Of a stretch of DNA of 64,000 nt, positions 10,565-20,969 are shown one piece after another. Each line of letters begins with the position of its first letter. The first letter of the stretch is position 1. The notes below the pieces were generated by a model. The model searched no databases, had not been told where the DNA came from, and worked only from the letters and a program-made list of their open reading frames with translations. The position numbers were made by a program, and so were the translations under genes. This DNA comes from Actinomycetes bacterium (lineage in GTDB: Bacteria > Actinomycetota > Actinomycetes > S36-B12 > UBA5976), in contig JBAXKB010000003.1 in the NCBI GenBank assembly GCA_037137575.1, forward strand, positions 1,314 through 65,313, in the 5' to 3' direction.

Positions 10565-11737
10565 TTACTTGTTTTCCATAATTGAAACGTCTGCGCCCAT
10601 CGACCTGATGGTCGTTGTGGTTCGGATTAGCGCCTTATGTAACCGAGCTTTGGTTGTGCTTATCCACTTGCCAGTATGGAGCGCTTTCTTGACATCAAGT
10701 ATGCGCACCGGGAAATTATCTGTGATTAATGTGGGAGCAAACTCAGCTTTACTGATACTAAAAACATGGTTTTTATTTTCATTGAAGGTCCAGCGCGTCA
10801 CTACGCCTTCAGATTTGATTGTTTCTGGTTCACGCTGCGCTGCCGCAAGATTGCCATGCGAATAAATTACCCACATGTTGTCAATCTTTTCGATCGGTTG
10901 CACCGAGTGGGTATGGTCGCCATCAATTAGATCCACTAGCCCCGTCTTAGCAATCGCTTTAGCCAATCCAGTCTGGTATCCATTTGGATAGTTGGTGTAC
11001 TCCGAACCCCAATGCATTTTTAGAATCACTACATCGGCGCCCTGAGTGCGTAGGGCTTTTGCATCGTGTTTAATTTTGTTTAGATTAATTTGATTAGCTA
11101 ACCAAGTTTTTCCCTCAGGATATGAAAATCCATTAAATCCATAGGTGAAAGCCAAAATACCAACTTTTACCGGTCCATTCTTGGTGCCTACGTCCATGAT
11201 TAGTAAACGCTTTGATTCGGCTGCACTTCGATAAGTTCCAGTGTGTGCAATTCCTGCTTTGTCTAAATCATCAAGTGTGCGTTTAATTCCTGCGCTGCCC
11301 GCATCAAAAGAGTGGTTTGAAGTTTGATCGCACATGTCGAAGCCAAGTTTTTTAACTGCTGAAACTATCTGTGGTGGCGAATTAAATACTGGGTAACCCG
11401 TGTAATGGCCACCCAGCGCAGCAAGTGGCGTCTCTAGATGACAAAGTGCAAGGTTTGCAGTTTTGGTCATACTTGAAATATCTGCCAGCTGTGGATAAAA
11501 ATTCCATTGCCCATTTGTGCCATCTTGAATCGCCTGATTCCATAGCCGCTCATGAAGCAATAGATCTCCACTTGAAACAACTGTGAAACTGCGCAAAGGT
11601 GCCGCTGCTAACGGTTTGCTAGATGGGCTCTTAGTGGACTTGACTTCAGCTTTTGATGCGCTGCAGGCACTCAAACCTAAAACTATGCAGAAGCACGCTC
11701 CGAGGACTCTTATCAGTTTCAGATTTTTCATTATCAT
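10565..11737 (-). CDS. CapA-family (metallophosphatase-like) lipoprotein
   Basis: 390 aa with a signal peptide and lipobox (LGLSAC). CapA/PGA-synthesis-type motifs are present (HLETP, SNHSFD, DGDHTH, SHGN). Confidence 0.8.
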   Translation of the reverse strand: MIMKNLKLIRVLGACFCIVLGLSACSASKAEVKSTKSPSSKPLAAAPLRSFTVVSSGDLLLHERLWNQAIQDGTNGQWNFYPQLADISSMTKTANLALCHLETPLAALGGHYTGYPVFNSPPQIVSAVKKLGFDMCDQTSNHSFDAGSAGIKRTLDDLDKAGIAHTGTYRSAAESKRLLIMDVGTKNGPVKVGILAFTYGFNGFSYPEGKTWLANQINLNKIKHDAKALRTQGADVVILKMHWGSEYTNYPNGYQTGLAKAIAKTGLVDLIDGDHTHSVQPIEKIDNMWVIYSHGNLAAAQREPETIKSEGVVTRWTFNENKNHVFSISKAEFAPTLITDNFPVRILDVKKALHTGKWISTTKARLHKALIRTTTTIRSMGADVSIMENK

Positions 11738-11740
11738 CCT

Positions 11741-12517
11741 TTAGGTGCCGAATCGTCGGTTGCGCATTGCGTAGGCACGCAAGGCTCGAAGAAAATCAAT
11801 CTTTCGAAAATTCGGCCAGTACGCTTCGCAGAAATAGAATTCCGAATGTGCACTTTGCCAAAGCAGAAAGCCACTAAGTCTTTGTTCGCCTGAAGTTCGG
11901 ATAACCAAGTCTGGGTCCGGCTGACCTTTTGTGTATAGGTGATCGGCGATGTGTTCAACATCTAGCATGTCGGCTAGCTCATCAAGAGATGTGCCAGCGC
12001 TAGCATGCTCTTTAAGTAATGACTTAACCGCATCGACTACCTCACGGCGACCACCGTAACCGACGGCAACGTTAACAATTAAGCCCGACTTATTGGCTGA
12101 TTTTTCTTGCGCATTCTTCAGAGCTTGTGCGGTATGTTCGGGCAGTAGGTCTAGTGCGCCAACTGGGTTGATCCGCCAACGTCCGCAATCAGCCAAAGAT
12201 TCAACAGTATTTTCAATAACTTTTAGCAGTGGCTCAAGCTCTTCGGGTTTGCGGGCCAGGTTGTCCGTTGATAGAAGCCACAGAGTTACAACCTCGACAT
12301 CAACTTCCTCGCACCACGTTAGAAACTCAGAAATTTTGGCACCGCCAGCGCGGTGACCGTGTTCGCTCGAGGAACCTTGGCCAGCAGCCCAGCGACGATT
12401 TCCATCAAGGATTACGCCCACATGATTAGGCAACTGTTCTTTGGGAAGGCGATGGGCTAGTCGGTGTCCGTAGACGTCGTAGGCAACATCGCCGATCAGC
12501 GTTTTGAACCTTCCCAT
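11741..12517 (-). CDS. uppS: isoprenyl (Z-prenyl/undecaprenyl) diphosphate synthase
   Basis: Cis-prenyltransferase motifs are present (HVGVILDGNRRWA, RTSGEQRLSGFLLWQ). Its stop lies 3 nt upstream of the CapA-like gene start. Confidence 0.93.
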   Translation of the reverse strand: MGRFKTLIGDVAYDVYGHRLAHRLPKEQLPNHVGVILDGNRRWAAGQGSSSEHGHRAGGAKISEFLTWCEEVDVEVVTLWLLSTDNLARKPEELEPLLKVIENTVESLADCGRWRINPVGALDLLPEHTAQALKNAQEKSANKSGLIVNVAVGYGGRREVVDAVKSLLKEHASAGTSLDELADMLDVEHIADHLYTKGQPDPDLVIRTSGEQRLSGFLLWQSAHSEFYFCEAYWPNFRKIDFLRALRAYAMRNRRFGT

Positions 12518-12640
12518 GCCTGCAACATTAGTGCCAAACAGTTGGCCAAATAGTTGAACTCCCGCAATCTGTTGTTAATAATCATTTTCGGCGTGGGACA
12601 TCTTCTGCGAGAAAATTTGGGCGTAGTGTCCGAGATATAA

Positions 12641-12661
12641 GGGTGGAAGGGGAAGCCACCC
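12641..12661 (+). promoter_or_regulatory. 5'-leader hairpin with AAGGGGAAG loop upstream of phoH2
   Basis: GGGTGG (12641-12646) pairs with CCACCC (12656-12661) around the loop AAGGGGAAG. It lies 29 nt upstream of the GTG start. An identical loop occurs in a second hairpin at 62089-62111. Confidence 0.3.
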
Positions 12662-12689
12662 CAGAGTAAAACTGAAATATGGTGATCGT

Positions 12690-13985
12690 GTGAGTCAGCG
12701 TCGCACATTCGTGTTAGACACAAGCGTCTTGTTATCCGACCCAACTGCCTTGTTTCGATTTGATGAACACGAAGTGGTATTACCGATTGTGGTCATCACT
12801 GAACTTGAGGCTAAACGCACACACCCCGAGCTTGGGTATTTTGCCCGTTCTGCACTTCGCGCACTCGATGATTTGCGCATCAAATACGGACGACTCGATG
12901 CCCCAATTCCACTTGGCGAAACAGGTGGCGAATTACATGTGGAACTCAACCACACCGACCCCGAGATTTTGCCCGCAGGTTTTCGCCTAGGCGATAACGA
13001 CACCCGTATTTTGGCAGTTGCAAAGAACCTAGCCAATGAGGGTAAGACAGTTGTGCTAGTCAGTAAAGACCTGCCTTTGCGGGTTAAAGCATCAGCAGTT
13101 GGCTTAGAAGCGCAGGAGTATCGCGCTGAAATTGTGCCATCAAGTGGCTGGACTGGCATGACTGAACTCACGGTTACCGCAGACGAAATTGACGATCTTT
13201 ATGAAGAGGAAGTCATAAGCCTTGAGGCGATTCGCGATCTGCCCTGCCACACAGGGGTAGTACTAGCAAGTGAACGCGGAAGTGCACTAGGGCGAGTTAC
13301 TCCTGATAAACAGTTGCGGCTAGTGCGCGGAGACCGAGACGCATTCGGAATTCATGGGCGTAGCGCCGAGCAGCGCATCGCTCTTGAGCTCCTGTTAGAC
13401 CCAGAAGTAGGAATTGTTTCGCTTGGTGGACGCGCTGGAACTGGAAAGAGTGCACTTGCATTATGTGCAGGGCTAGAAGCAGTACTCGAGCGCAGACAGC
13501 ACCGCAAAGTCGTCGTATTTCGCCCGCTGTATGCAGTTGGCGGTCAGGAACTTGGTTACTTGCCCGGCGGTGAAAATGAGAAGATGTCACCTTGGGCACA
13601 AGCAGTTTTCGACACGCTCTCTGCTGTGGCATCAGCTGATGTAATCGATGAAATTGTTGATCGGGGAATGTTGGAAGTCTTGCCACTGACACATATTCGT
13701 GGTCGCTCCTTACACGACACTTACGTGATTGTTGACGAAGCGCAATCACTTGAACGCAATGTTTTACTGACCGTTTTATCGCGCATTGGAAAAGGAAGTC
13801 GAGTTGTGCTTACCCACGACATCGCACAGCGTGACAATTTACGAGTTGGTCGTCACGACGGAGTGGTCGCGGTAGTCGAAAAACTTAAAGGTCATTCACT
13901 CTTTGCTCACGTGACTCTGACGCGCTCTGAGCGTTCGCCAATTGCAGCTTTAGTTACTGATCTGTTGGAAGAATTGCCGATTTAA
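12690..13985 (+). CDS. phoH2: PhoH2: PIN-domain RNase fused to PhoH-like ATPase
   Basis: N-terminal PIN domain (VLDTSVLL with acidic residues) and a C-terminal PhoH P-loop ([15 protein letters not shown]). Confidence 0.92.
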   Translation: MSQRRTFVLDTSVLLSDPTALFRFDEHEVVLPIVVITELEAKRTHPELGYFARSALRALDDLRIKYGRLDAPIPLGETGGELHVELNHTDPEILPAGFRLGDNDTRILAVAKNLANEGKTVVLVSKDLPLRVKASAVGLEAQEYRAEIVPSSGWTGMTELTVTADEIDDLYEEEVISLEAIRDLPCHTGVVLASERGSALGRVTPDKQLRLVRGDRDAFGIHGRSAEQRIALELLLDPEVGIVSLGGRAGTGKSALALCAGLEAVLERRQHRKVVVFRPLYAVGGQELGYLPGGENEKMSPWAQAVFDTLSAVASADVIDEIVDRGMLEVLPLTHIRGRSLHDTYVIVDEAQSLERNVLLTVLSRIGKGSRVVLTHDIAQRDNLRVGRHDGVVAVVEKLKGHSLFAHVTLTRSERSPIAALVTDLLEELPI

Positions 13986-15635
13986 TTAAAGCGCTGGGTT
14001 AATCAAAGTGCGGGTCGTATTTGCGTAGAAGTCATTGCCTTTGTCGTCAATAATGACGAATGCTGGGAAATCAACAACGTCAATTTTCCATACGGCTTCC
14101 ATGCCCAAATCTTCGAAATCAAGAACTTCAACTTTCGTGATATTTTCTTTGGCTAAAACAGCTGCTGGTCCACCGATTGACCCTAAGTAAAAGCCGCCGT
14201 ACTCAGCACACGCTTTAGCCACAGCATCGCTGCGGTTACCTTTAGCCAACATAACTAGCGAGCCACCAAGTGCTTGGAATTTTTCGACGTAACTGTCCAT
14301 CCGCCCAGCAGTGGTTGGGCCAAATGAACCAGATGCATATCCAGCTGGTGTTTTTGCTGGACCGGCGTAATAAACCGCGTGATCTTTGAAATACTGCGGA
14401 AGTTCTTCGCCGCGCTCTAATTTCTCAAGAATCCGAGCATGGGCAATGTCTCGAGCAACAATCAATGATCCAGTTAGGGCAAGTCTTGTCTTAACTGGGC
14501 AAGCAGAAAGTTGGGCTCTGATCTGATCCATCGGCTGGTTCAAATCAATGGCTACAACGTCGTCATCCAAATGGGCATCAGTGACTTCTGGCAGGAAGCG
14601 AGCTGGATCATGATCGAGTTTCTCAATGTATGCGCCGGTGGCATCAATTCGAACAAGCGCTTGTCGATCTGCTGAGCAGGAAACAGCAATCGCAATTGGG
14701 CAAGATGCGCCATGACGCGGCAGACGAATTACGCGAACGTCATGACAGAAGTATTTGCCACCGAACTGAGCTCCGATTCCAAAGTCTTGAGTTAGTTTGA
14801 GAATCTCATCTTCTAATTCGGTATCGCGAAAGCCAACGCCAAGCTCGCCACCGGATGTAGCCATGCCATCTAGATAGCGAGTGCTGGCAAGTTTTGCGAC
14901 CTTGAGTGCGTACTCAGCGCTGGTACCGCCAACCACAATTGCTAGGTGATATGGGGGACAAGCAGACGTACCAATCTGTCGTAATTTGTCCGACATAAAT
15001 TCCATGAATTTTTTGGGATTTAGTACCGCTTTAGTTTCCTGAAAAAGAAAACTCTTGTTTGCACTGCCGCCACCTTTTGCGATGAAGAGCATTTCGTATG
15101 CATTCTCGTGGCCAGGTTTTGTATCGGCATATATTTCAATCTGCGCGGGCAAGTTGGAGCCAGTGTTTTTTTCTTCCCACATTGTCACAGGCGACATTTG
15201 TGAATAACGCAGATTCAAAGATTCGTAAGCGTTGAAAATTCCGTGGCTCAGATGTTCTTCATCGCTACCCGTTGTTAAAACCTGGGTTCCGCGCTTTGCT
15301 GAAACAATTGCAGTTCCAGTGTCCTGACACATTGGCAAAACGCCGCCAGCTGAAATGTTTGCGTTCTTCAATAGGTCTAATGCCACAAAGCGATCGTTAC
15401 TTGAGGCATTTGGGTCGTCAATAATTGCTCGAAGTTGTTCCAAGTGGCTAGTGCGCAGATAGTGAGAAATATCATGGATTGCTGCATACGCCACTTTTTG
15501 TAGCGTCTCTGGAGAAATCGTTAGAAAAGTTCGATCTCCTAGGGTTTCAGTCGTTATCCCATCAGCGGTGATCAGCCTAAATTCAGGAACAGGCGTGTCG
15601 GCGGACAACATATCTGCATATCGAAATTCGACCAT
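13986..15635 (-). CDS. fumA: class I (Fe-S) fumarate hydratase
   Basis: 549-aa single polypeptide covering both the alpha and beta regions of class I fumarase (CQDTGTA motif). It is convergent with phoH2 with no spacer. Confidence 0.95.
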   Translation of the reverse strand: MVEFRYADMLSADTPVPEFRLITADGITTETLGDRTFLTISPETLQKVAYAAIHDISHYLRTSHLEQLRAIIDDPNASSNDRFVALDLLKNANISAGGVLPMCQDTGTAIVSAKRGTQVLTTGSDEEHLSHGIFNAYESLNLRYSQMSPVTMWEEKNTGSNLPAQIEIYADTKPGHENAYEMLFIAKGGGSANKSFLFQETKAVLNPKKFMEFMSDKLRQIGTSACPPYHLAIVVGGTSAEYALKVAKLASTRYLDGMATSGGELGVGFRDTELEDEILKLTQDFGIGAQFGGKYFCHDVRVIRLPRHGASCPIAIAVSCSADRQALVRIDATGAYIEKLDHDPARFLPEVTDAHLDDDVVAIDLNQPMDQIRAQLSACPVKTRLALTGSLIVARDIAHARILEKLERGEELPQYFKDHAVYYAGPAKTPAGYASGSFGPTTAGRMDSYVEKFQALGGSLVMLAKGNRSDAVAKACAEYGGFYLGSIGGPAAVLAKENITKVEVLDFEDLGMEAVWKIDVVDFPAFVIIDDKGNDFYANTTRTLINPAL

Positions 15636-15726
15636 GGCTCCAGCCTACGCCTGATGCTTTGCAATAGTTATCTATCTCGATGCATCCGGCCACGCAGACC
15701 CTGACTAAACAAGGCAAGATAAGTAC

Positions 15727-16284
15727 ATGGCTAAAAAACGCGGGCGCGAAACAGCGCGCGACATGATATTTAGCATGGGCGCGGTTTTACTTACAGTTTT
15801 AATAATCATGGGCATCACATACCGCTCGCACGCCCAGAAAATGCCCACAGCTAACTTTGAGCAAGCGCGCTCTGTTGCCGTGGGACAAGGGTCCTGGCCA
15901 ATTCTGGTGCCAGGTAACACCGACAGCGGAACGCCTTCTGGTTACCAATTGACGCAGGCTCGTTTTGAGGCAGAAAGTTATGGCAAGCAGGGGGATAGCC
16001 GTTGGTACTTGGGGTACAAAACTTCCGAAGGTAATTACGTTTCTTTGTGGCAAAGTGACGGCAACCAAAAGAAAATAATTGCTGCCGTATCAAATAACGG
16101 AACCTGTTCTGGCGAAATGAAAATCGCTGGTCAAATTTGGCAGATGTGTGCGCAGAAGAAGCCGCTTTCTCGAGTTTTGTATCGTTCATTTGGGCTAAAC
16201 ACTGCATTTGTATCGGGCACCGCAACCTTTGCGGAGTTAGCAAAATTTGTTGCGGGATTAGTTCCAGTCACTAAAGGTTCGTGA
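15727..16284 (+). CDS. DUF4245-like membrane-anchored protein
   Basis: 185 aa with a basic N-terminus followed by one TM helix. It neighbours xseB, as DUF4245 does in other Actinobacteria. Confidence 0.7.
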   Translation: MAKKRGRETARDMIFSMGAVLLTVLIIMGITYRSHAQKMPTANFEQARSVAVGQGSWPILVPGNTDSGTPSGYQLTQARFEAESYGKQGDSRWYLGYKTSEGNYVSLWQSDGNQKKIIAAVSNNGTCSGEMKIAGQIWQMCAQKKPLSRVLYRSFGLNTAFVSGTATFAELAKFVAGLVPVTKGS

Positions 16285-16520
16285 CACCAACGCACTACGA
16301 TGTGGGTATGGCTGAAGATTTTTCAAACTTGTCCTACGAACAGGCAAAGGCGCAACTTGATGAGGTTGTAGCCCAAATCGAAAATAAAGATTTACCACTT
16401 GATGACATGGTCACGTTGTGGGAACAGGGTGAAAAATTAGCCGCCGTTTGCGAGAAACACCTAAGTAGTGCTCGCGAACGCCTAGCTGCGCTGCGTCCCC
16501 AAACTGATGCAAATCAGTAA
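16281..16520 (+). CDS. xseB: exodeoxyribonuclease VII small subunit
   Basis: 79 aa with the typical XseB helical hairpin (SYEQAKAQLDEVVAQIENKDLPLDDMVTLWEQGEKLAAVCEKHL). A GTGA overlap links it to the upstream ORF. An alternative ATG start is at 16308. Confidence 0.9.
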   Translation: MTPTHYDVGMAEDFSNLSYEQAKAQLDEVVAQIENKDLPLDDMVTLWEQGEKLAAVCEKHLSSARERLAALRPQTDANQ

Positions 16521-16541
16521 GAACGAATATGTGCAGAAATT

Positions 16542-17762
16542 TTAGTTACTGGGTTGTACGGTAATTTCACCATCCGCAAGGCGAATTTTTAGTAAGTCTC
16601 CAGATTTAACTTGGCTAACTGCCTTAACGACATTTTGATTTGCATCTCGCACAATCGCGTAACCACGCTCAAGTGTTCCTTGCGGGGATAGTGCTCGAAG
16701 AGTCGCTTGAATGCCACGAATTTCTGCACCACCAAGTTGAATGCGATTTGAGGCTTTGGAGTGTAATTGTTCCCGCAGTGCTGAGTTTGAACTTAGTCGC
16801 TGATCAATTAGCACACTCGGATTAGCCAGTGCTGGTTTCGCCCGCAAGGTTGCTAACTCTTGTCCACGCCTTGCGATGGTTGTTGTTACCAAAGCAAATG
16901 ATTGGCTGCGTAATGCATTGATGTAGGCCAGTTCTTCTAATACGTCGGGAACAATTTTGTTCGCTGCATCGGTCGGTGTTGAAGCACGATAGTCGGCAAC
17001 ATAATCCACCAGCGGTCTATCTTCTTCGTGCCCGATGGCAACCACTATTGGGGTTAGCGCATTTGAAATGATGCGGATCAAAGATTCATCACTAAAGGGC
17101 AGAAGGTCTTCGAAACTGCCACCACCCCGAGCAATAACAATCACATCGATGTCGTTGATTGCATCTAGCTCGGTTATGGCGTCACTAACTTCTCGAACTG
17201 CGGTTGCCCCTTGTACTTTTACTTCACGAACCTCAAACTCAGCATCGGGCCAGCGACGACGAGCATTTTCAATTACGTCGTGTTTAGCATCGCTGTTCTT
17301 TCCGCAAACTAAACCAATGCGACGCGGTAAAAATGGAATAGGTTTCTTGCGTTCAGGTGCGAACAGACCTTCGGCCGCCAAAGTATCGCGTAGTGCAACA
17401 AGTCGAGCCATAAGCTCGCCCAATCCGACAACGCGAATTTGCAGAACTTTGAATTGCAAGGTGCCCTTGTTTTTCCACCAGTCAGCTTTAACTTGGGCAA
17501 TAACGCGCGAACCTTGTTCAATTGCCGGGGTAACTTGAAGTGTTGAGCGCTCCCACGTGAAAAGTTTGACTGTTGCATCGCTATCAACATCGCGCAGGTT
17601 CACGAAGGAGAGCCCACCCCGCATGTTGATTTCAGCTACTTGCCCCTCAACCCAGACGTCGCCCAGTCGGGCAATGTAATCACCCATCATTTGACTCAGT
17701 CCAGAAACCGGAACAGGGGCATCTGGGCCCTTGCCAGGCATAACAGGATCTACAACACTCAC
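16542..17762 (-). CDS. xseA: exodeoxyribonuclease VII large subunit
   Basis: 406 aa with an OB-fold N-terminus (VWVEGQVAE) and the ARGGGS motif. Confidence 0.93.
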   Translation of the reverse strand: MSVVDPVMPGKGPDAPVPVSGLSQMMGDYIARLGDVWVEGQVAEINMRGGLSFVNLRDVDSDATVKLFTWERSTLQVTPAIEQGSRVIAQVKADWWKNKGTLQFKVLQIRVVGLGELMARLVALRDTLAAEGLFAPERKKPIPFLPRRIGLVCGKNSDAKHDVIENARRRWPDAEFEVREVKVQGATAVREVSDAITELDAINDIDVIVIARGGGSFEDLLPFSDESLIRIISNALTPIVVAIGHEEDRPLVDYVADYRASTPTDAANKIVPDVLEELAYINALRSQSFALVTTTIARRGQELATLRAKPALANPSVLIDQRLSSNSALREQLHSKASNRIQLGGAEIRGIQATLRALSPQGTLERGYAIVRDANQNVVKAVSQVKSGDLLKIRLADGEITVQPSN

Positions 17763-17798
17763 ACGCTCTATTCTGCCGTGCGAGCATGACTTTCGTGG

Positions 17799-18770
17799 GT
17801 GGCTTACGATAGAGGCGTGAGTGGAAAAGTTTTATTAGCAAAGCCTCGTGGGTATTGTGCTGGTGTTGATCGCGCAGTTGAAACTGTGAAACATGCCCTA
17901 GAGCTTTATGGCGCACCGATATACGTGCGTAAGCAGATTGTGCACAACAAGCATGTTGTAACCGCGCTTGAAGAACGTGGCGCAATTTTTGTCGATGAAA
18001 CTGACGAAATTCCTGAAGGTGCCACAGTTGTATTCAGCGCACATGGGGTAGCACCGAGCGTTCATGAAGAGGCTCAGACTAGAAATCTGAAAACTATCGA
18101 CGCCACCTGCCCACTTGTCACTAAAGTGCACGCTGAAGCCCGTCGTTTTGCCAGTGACGATTACCAGATTCTTTTGATCGGCCACGAAAATCACGAAGAA
18201 GTTGAAGGCACAATGGGTGAAGCAATTGGCAACATCACGTTGGTTGATGGCTTGGAACAAGTTGAAACAGTGCAAATAGATCCCAATCGCCCAGTTGCCT
18301 GGCTTTCACAAACCACACTTTCGGTAGATGAAACTTTGACTGCCGTTGCTCGATTGCGCGAACGCTTTCCCCAGTTAATTGATCCACCGAGTGACGACAT
18401 TTGTTATGCAACCCAAAACCGTCAGTGGGCAGTTAAAGAAATCGCTGCGCGCTGCGAATTAATGCTCGTGGTTGGTTCGGCAAATTCATCGAACACTGTG
18501 CGACTCGTTGATGTGGCTTTAGAAAGCGGAAGTCAGTTCGCCTACCGCATTGACTTTGCAAGTGAAATTGACGAGCACTGGCTTGACGGTATCTCGACCG
18601 TTGGGGTAACCAGTGGGGCGTCAGTTCCAGAGTTACTCGTTGATGATGTGCTTGCCTGGTTAGCACAACGTGGTTTCGCAGACATCGAGGAGATTACAAC
18701 AGCTGATGAGCATTTGTTGTTTGCTTTGCCACCTGAACTTCGTCGCGATATGAAAGCTGCAAAAAACTAA
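17799..18770 (+). CDS. ispH: 4-hydroxy-3-methylbut-2-enyl diphosphate reductase
   Basis: [12 protein letters not shown] motif and conserved Cys ligands. Divergent from xseA, as in mycobacteria. The start is uncertain, with an alternative GTG at 17817. Confidence 0.95.
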   Translation: MAYDRGVSGKVLLAKPRGYCAGVDRAVETVKHALELYGAPIYVRKQIVHNKHVVTALEERGAIFVDETDEIPEGATVVFSAHGVAPSVHEEAQTRNLKTIDATCPLVTKVHAEARRFASDDYQILLIGHENHEEVEGTMGEAIGNITLVDGLEQVETVQIDPNRPVAWLSQTTLSVDETLTAVARLRERFPQLIDPPSDDICYATQNRQWAVKEIAARCELMLVVGSANSSNTVRLVDVALESGSQFAYRIDFASEIDEHWLDGISTVGVTSGASVPELLVDDVLAWLAQRGFADIEEITTADEHLLFALPPELRRDMKAAKN

Positions 18771-19180
18771 ACAGTACGACCGCGGAAATAGTGAATAACG
18801 ACCGCTAACACTGTTGCTGCGAGTAGCCACAAAAAGTGTGAGCCTAGACCGTAAACCAACAGAAATACCTGCTGCACTTTCCAGGATCCGCCATTATTTG
18901 TAGCGAACTGACCAACGCTTATAACTGCGATAAACCAAGCAATCGCAGGGGCCCAAAATGTTGAAACAAAATCGCTGGGACGAACTCTTAATGAGACCGC
19001 AATTGTGGCACTTACCAAACCTAGATCAGCAAGAATTCCGATGCTGTGATTAAAAGCGATATTGCAAGCCATCGTAAAGGCAACAATGATTGTGCAAAGG
19101 CCAATTACCGCTGCGTATTTAAGACCTTCGCCTGATATCGGACGATCTGTTGCAGTTACTTGTTCGCTTGCCATACTCAT
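18767..19180 (-). CDS. hypothetical integral membrane protein
   Basis: 137 aa with four hydrophobic helices. It has no recognisable catalytic motif and lies between ispH and ychF. Confidence 0.6.
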   Translation of the reverse strand: MSMASEQVTATDRPISGEGLKYAAVIGLCTIIVAFTMACNIAFNHSIGILADLGLVSATIAVSLRVRPSDFVSTFWAPAIAWFIAVISVGQFATNNGGSWKVQQVFLLVYGLGSHFLWLLAATVLAVVIHYFRGRTV

Positions 19181-19243
19181 ACGCTAGTGCCTAGCCGAGA
19201 TAGATAGTGCAAGGCCAAGATAAGCCAGCAGACAGGTACGCTT

Positions 19244-20323
19244 GTGGCTATGGCATTAACAATTGGCATCGTCGGCTTACCAAACGTTGGAAAATCAACA
19301 TTATTCAACGCCCTTACGCGTAATAATGTCTTGGCCGCCAACTATCCGTTTGCAACCATTGAGCCCAACACTGGGGTAGTGGCCGTGCCGGATGTTCGAT
19401 TGAAAGTTTTGGCCGAAATTTTTAGTTCTCAAGAGATTTTGCCAGCCACGGTTACGTTTGTTGATATTGCCGGAATCGTGCGCGGAGCGAGCGAAGGTGA
19501 AGGCTTAGGAAATAAGTTCCTGGCAAACATTCGGGAATCAGATGCAATTTGTCAGGTAATTCGCGCATTCTCTGATCCCGATGTTGTCCATGTCGATGGA
19601 AAAGTGTCACCTGTCGACGACATCGAGACTATTAACACTGAACTCATTCTGGCGGACATGCAAACTTTGGAAAAGGCAATTCCACGTCTTACTAAAGAGG
19701 CGAAGCAGGACAAGAGTCGAGCCGCAGTTCTTGAAGCAGCCGAGCAGGCCACCCTGATCTTGAATTCGGGCCAGACTGTGTTCGCCTCGGGAATGGATTC
19801 TGCGCCTATCCGTGAACTTTTCTTGTTAACTGCAAAACCATTCTTGTACGTATTTAACTTGGATGATGAAGAGATGCTAGATGATGAATTGAAGGCATCG
19901 CTTTCTGCGTTGATTGCTCCGGCTGAAGCAGTTTTCTTAAATGCAAAACTGGAAGCAGACTTAACTGAACTTGATGAAGCTGAGGCGCTTGAGTTACTCC
20001 AAACCGTTGGTCAAAATGAAAGTGGCATAGCTGTGCTATCTCGCGTGGGCTTTGACACCCTTGGCCTACAGACTTATTTAACAGCTGGCCCTAAGGAAGC
20101 ACGAGCCTGGACAATTCGCCGTGGAGCAACTGCGCCAGAAGCCGCGGGCGTAATTCACACTGATTTTCAAAAGGGATTCATCAAGGCTGAAATCGTTGGA
20201 TTCGCTGATTTAGTTGAATCGGGATCAGTTGCTGAAGCCAAATCCAAGGGCAAAGTTCGCATGGAAGGCAAGGAATATGTGATGGCGGACGGAGATGTTG
20301 TCGAATTCCGATTTAATGTGTGA
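19244..20323 (+). CDS. ychF: redox-regulated ribosome-binding ATPase YchF
   Basis: [19 protein letters not shown]-loop and a C-terminal TGS-like domain. 359 aa. Confidence 0.95.
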   Translation: MAMALTIGIVGLPNVGKSTLFNALTRNNVLAANYPFATIEPNTGVVAVPDVRLKVLAEIFSSQEILPATVTFVDIAGIVRGASEGEGLGNKFLANIRESDAICQVIRAFSDPDVVHVDGKVSPVDDIETINTELILADMQTLEKAIPRLTKEAKQDKSRAAVLEAAEQATLILNSGQTVFASGMDSAPIRELFLLTAKPFLYVFNLDDEEMLDDELKASLSALIAPAEAVFLNAKLEADLTELDEAEALELLQTVGQNESGIAVLSRVGFDTLGLQTYLTAGPKEARAWTIRRGATAPEAAGVIHTDFQKGFIKAEIVGFADLVESGSVAEAKSKGKVRMEGKEYVMADGDVVEFRFNV

Positions 20324-20355
20324 AATTTTTTGGTATACCTAAGTCTGTGACTACG

Positions 20356-20892
20356 ATGATCAGACATGCTGACATGAGCGATGCGATTGCTATGCAGCAA
20401 CTTATCGCGCAAGCATTTCCGCTAGCTTGTCCACCGCAGACAGCAAAAGATGACATCGAGATTCATTTAGCCAATCAGTGTTCGTCAGAGATTTTTAAAA
20501 GCTACATCGCAAATGATAAGACCGCAGTGATAGTGGCGTGCGACGGTTCCAATTTGTTAGGTTTCGCGATCTTGATTTTTGCGGAAACCACTAGTGCCAG
20601 AGTCGCACAAGCGCTCACCTCTGTTAGTGAAACAGTCGAGTTGAGTAAGTTCTACGTCAGCCCGTCCCAGCATGGCCAGGGCATTGCCCAAAAGTTGATG
20701 CATCGTTGTTTTGAATTGGTCAATGAACTCGGCTGGTCTGCGCTTTGGCTAAATGTGAATCAACAGAACGAACGAGCGAACCGTTTCTACGAAAAAATGG
20801 GATTTACCATCGTCGGCGAATGTGATTTTCTTTTGGGTAGCAGCATTCAAAAAGATTTTATTCGGGAGCGCTTTTTTACTGTTGCCACATAA
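20356..20892 (+). CDS. GNAT-family N-acetyltransferase
   Basis: Acetyl-CoA binding motif (QHGQGIAQKLM) and NERANRFYEKMGF. I prefer the ATG at 20356. An alternative GTG at 20320 overlaps the ychF stop. Confidence 0.8.
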   Translation: MIRHADMSDAIAMQQLIAQAFPLACPPQTAKDDIEIHLANQCSSEIFKSYIANDKTAVIVACDGSNLLGFAILIFAETTSARVAQALTSVSETVELSKFYVSPSQHGQGIAQKLMHRCFELVNELGWSALWLNVNQQNERANRFYEKMGFTIVGECDFLLGSSIQKDFIRERFFTVAT

Positions 20893-20969
20893 CCTCACGC
20901 TTTTTAGTGTTTATTGGGTATATTTGCTTCGGTTATTGGTATTGGCATAAATGAAATAGAGTTGGGACA

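Noticed and set aside
12518-12689. Possible PhoAT-like antitoxin ORF upstream of phoH2
   Set aside because: The longest plus-strand ORFs in the spacer are 8-15 codons and lack RBSs. Nothing resembles the overlapping upstream antitoxin gene described for mycobacterial phoH2.
20911-20945. Three copies of TATTGG (20912, 20934, 20940) upstream of typA
   Set aside because: It is a short AT-rich hexamer in a promoter-like region. That could be chance or simple promoter architecture, and there is no symmetry or second locus to support a regulatory site.
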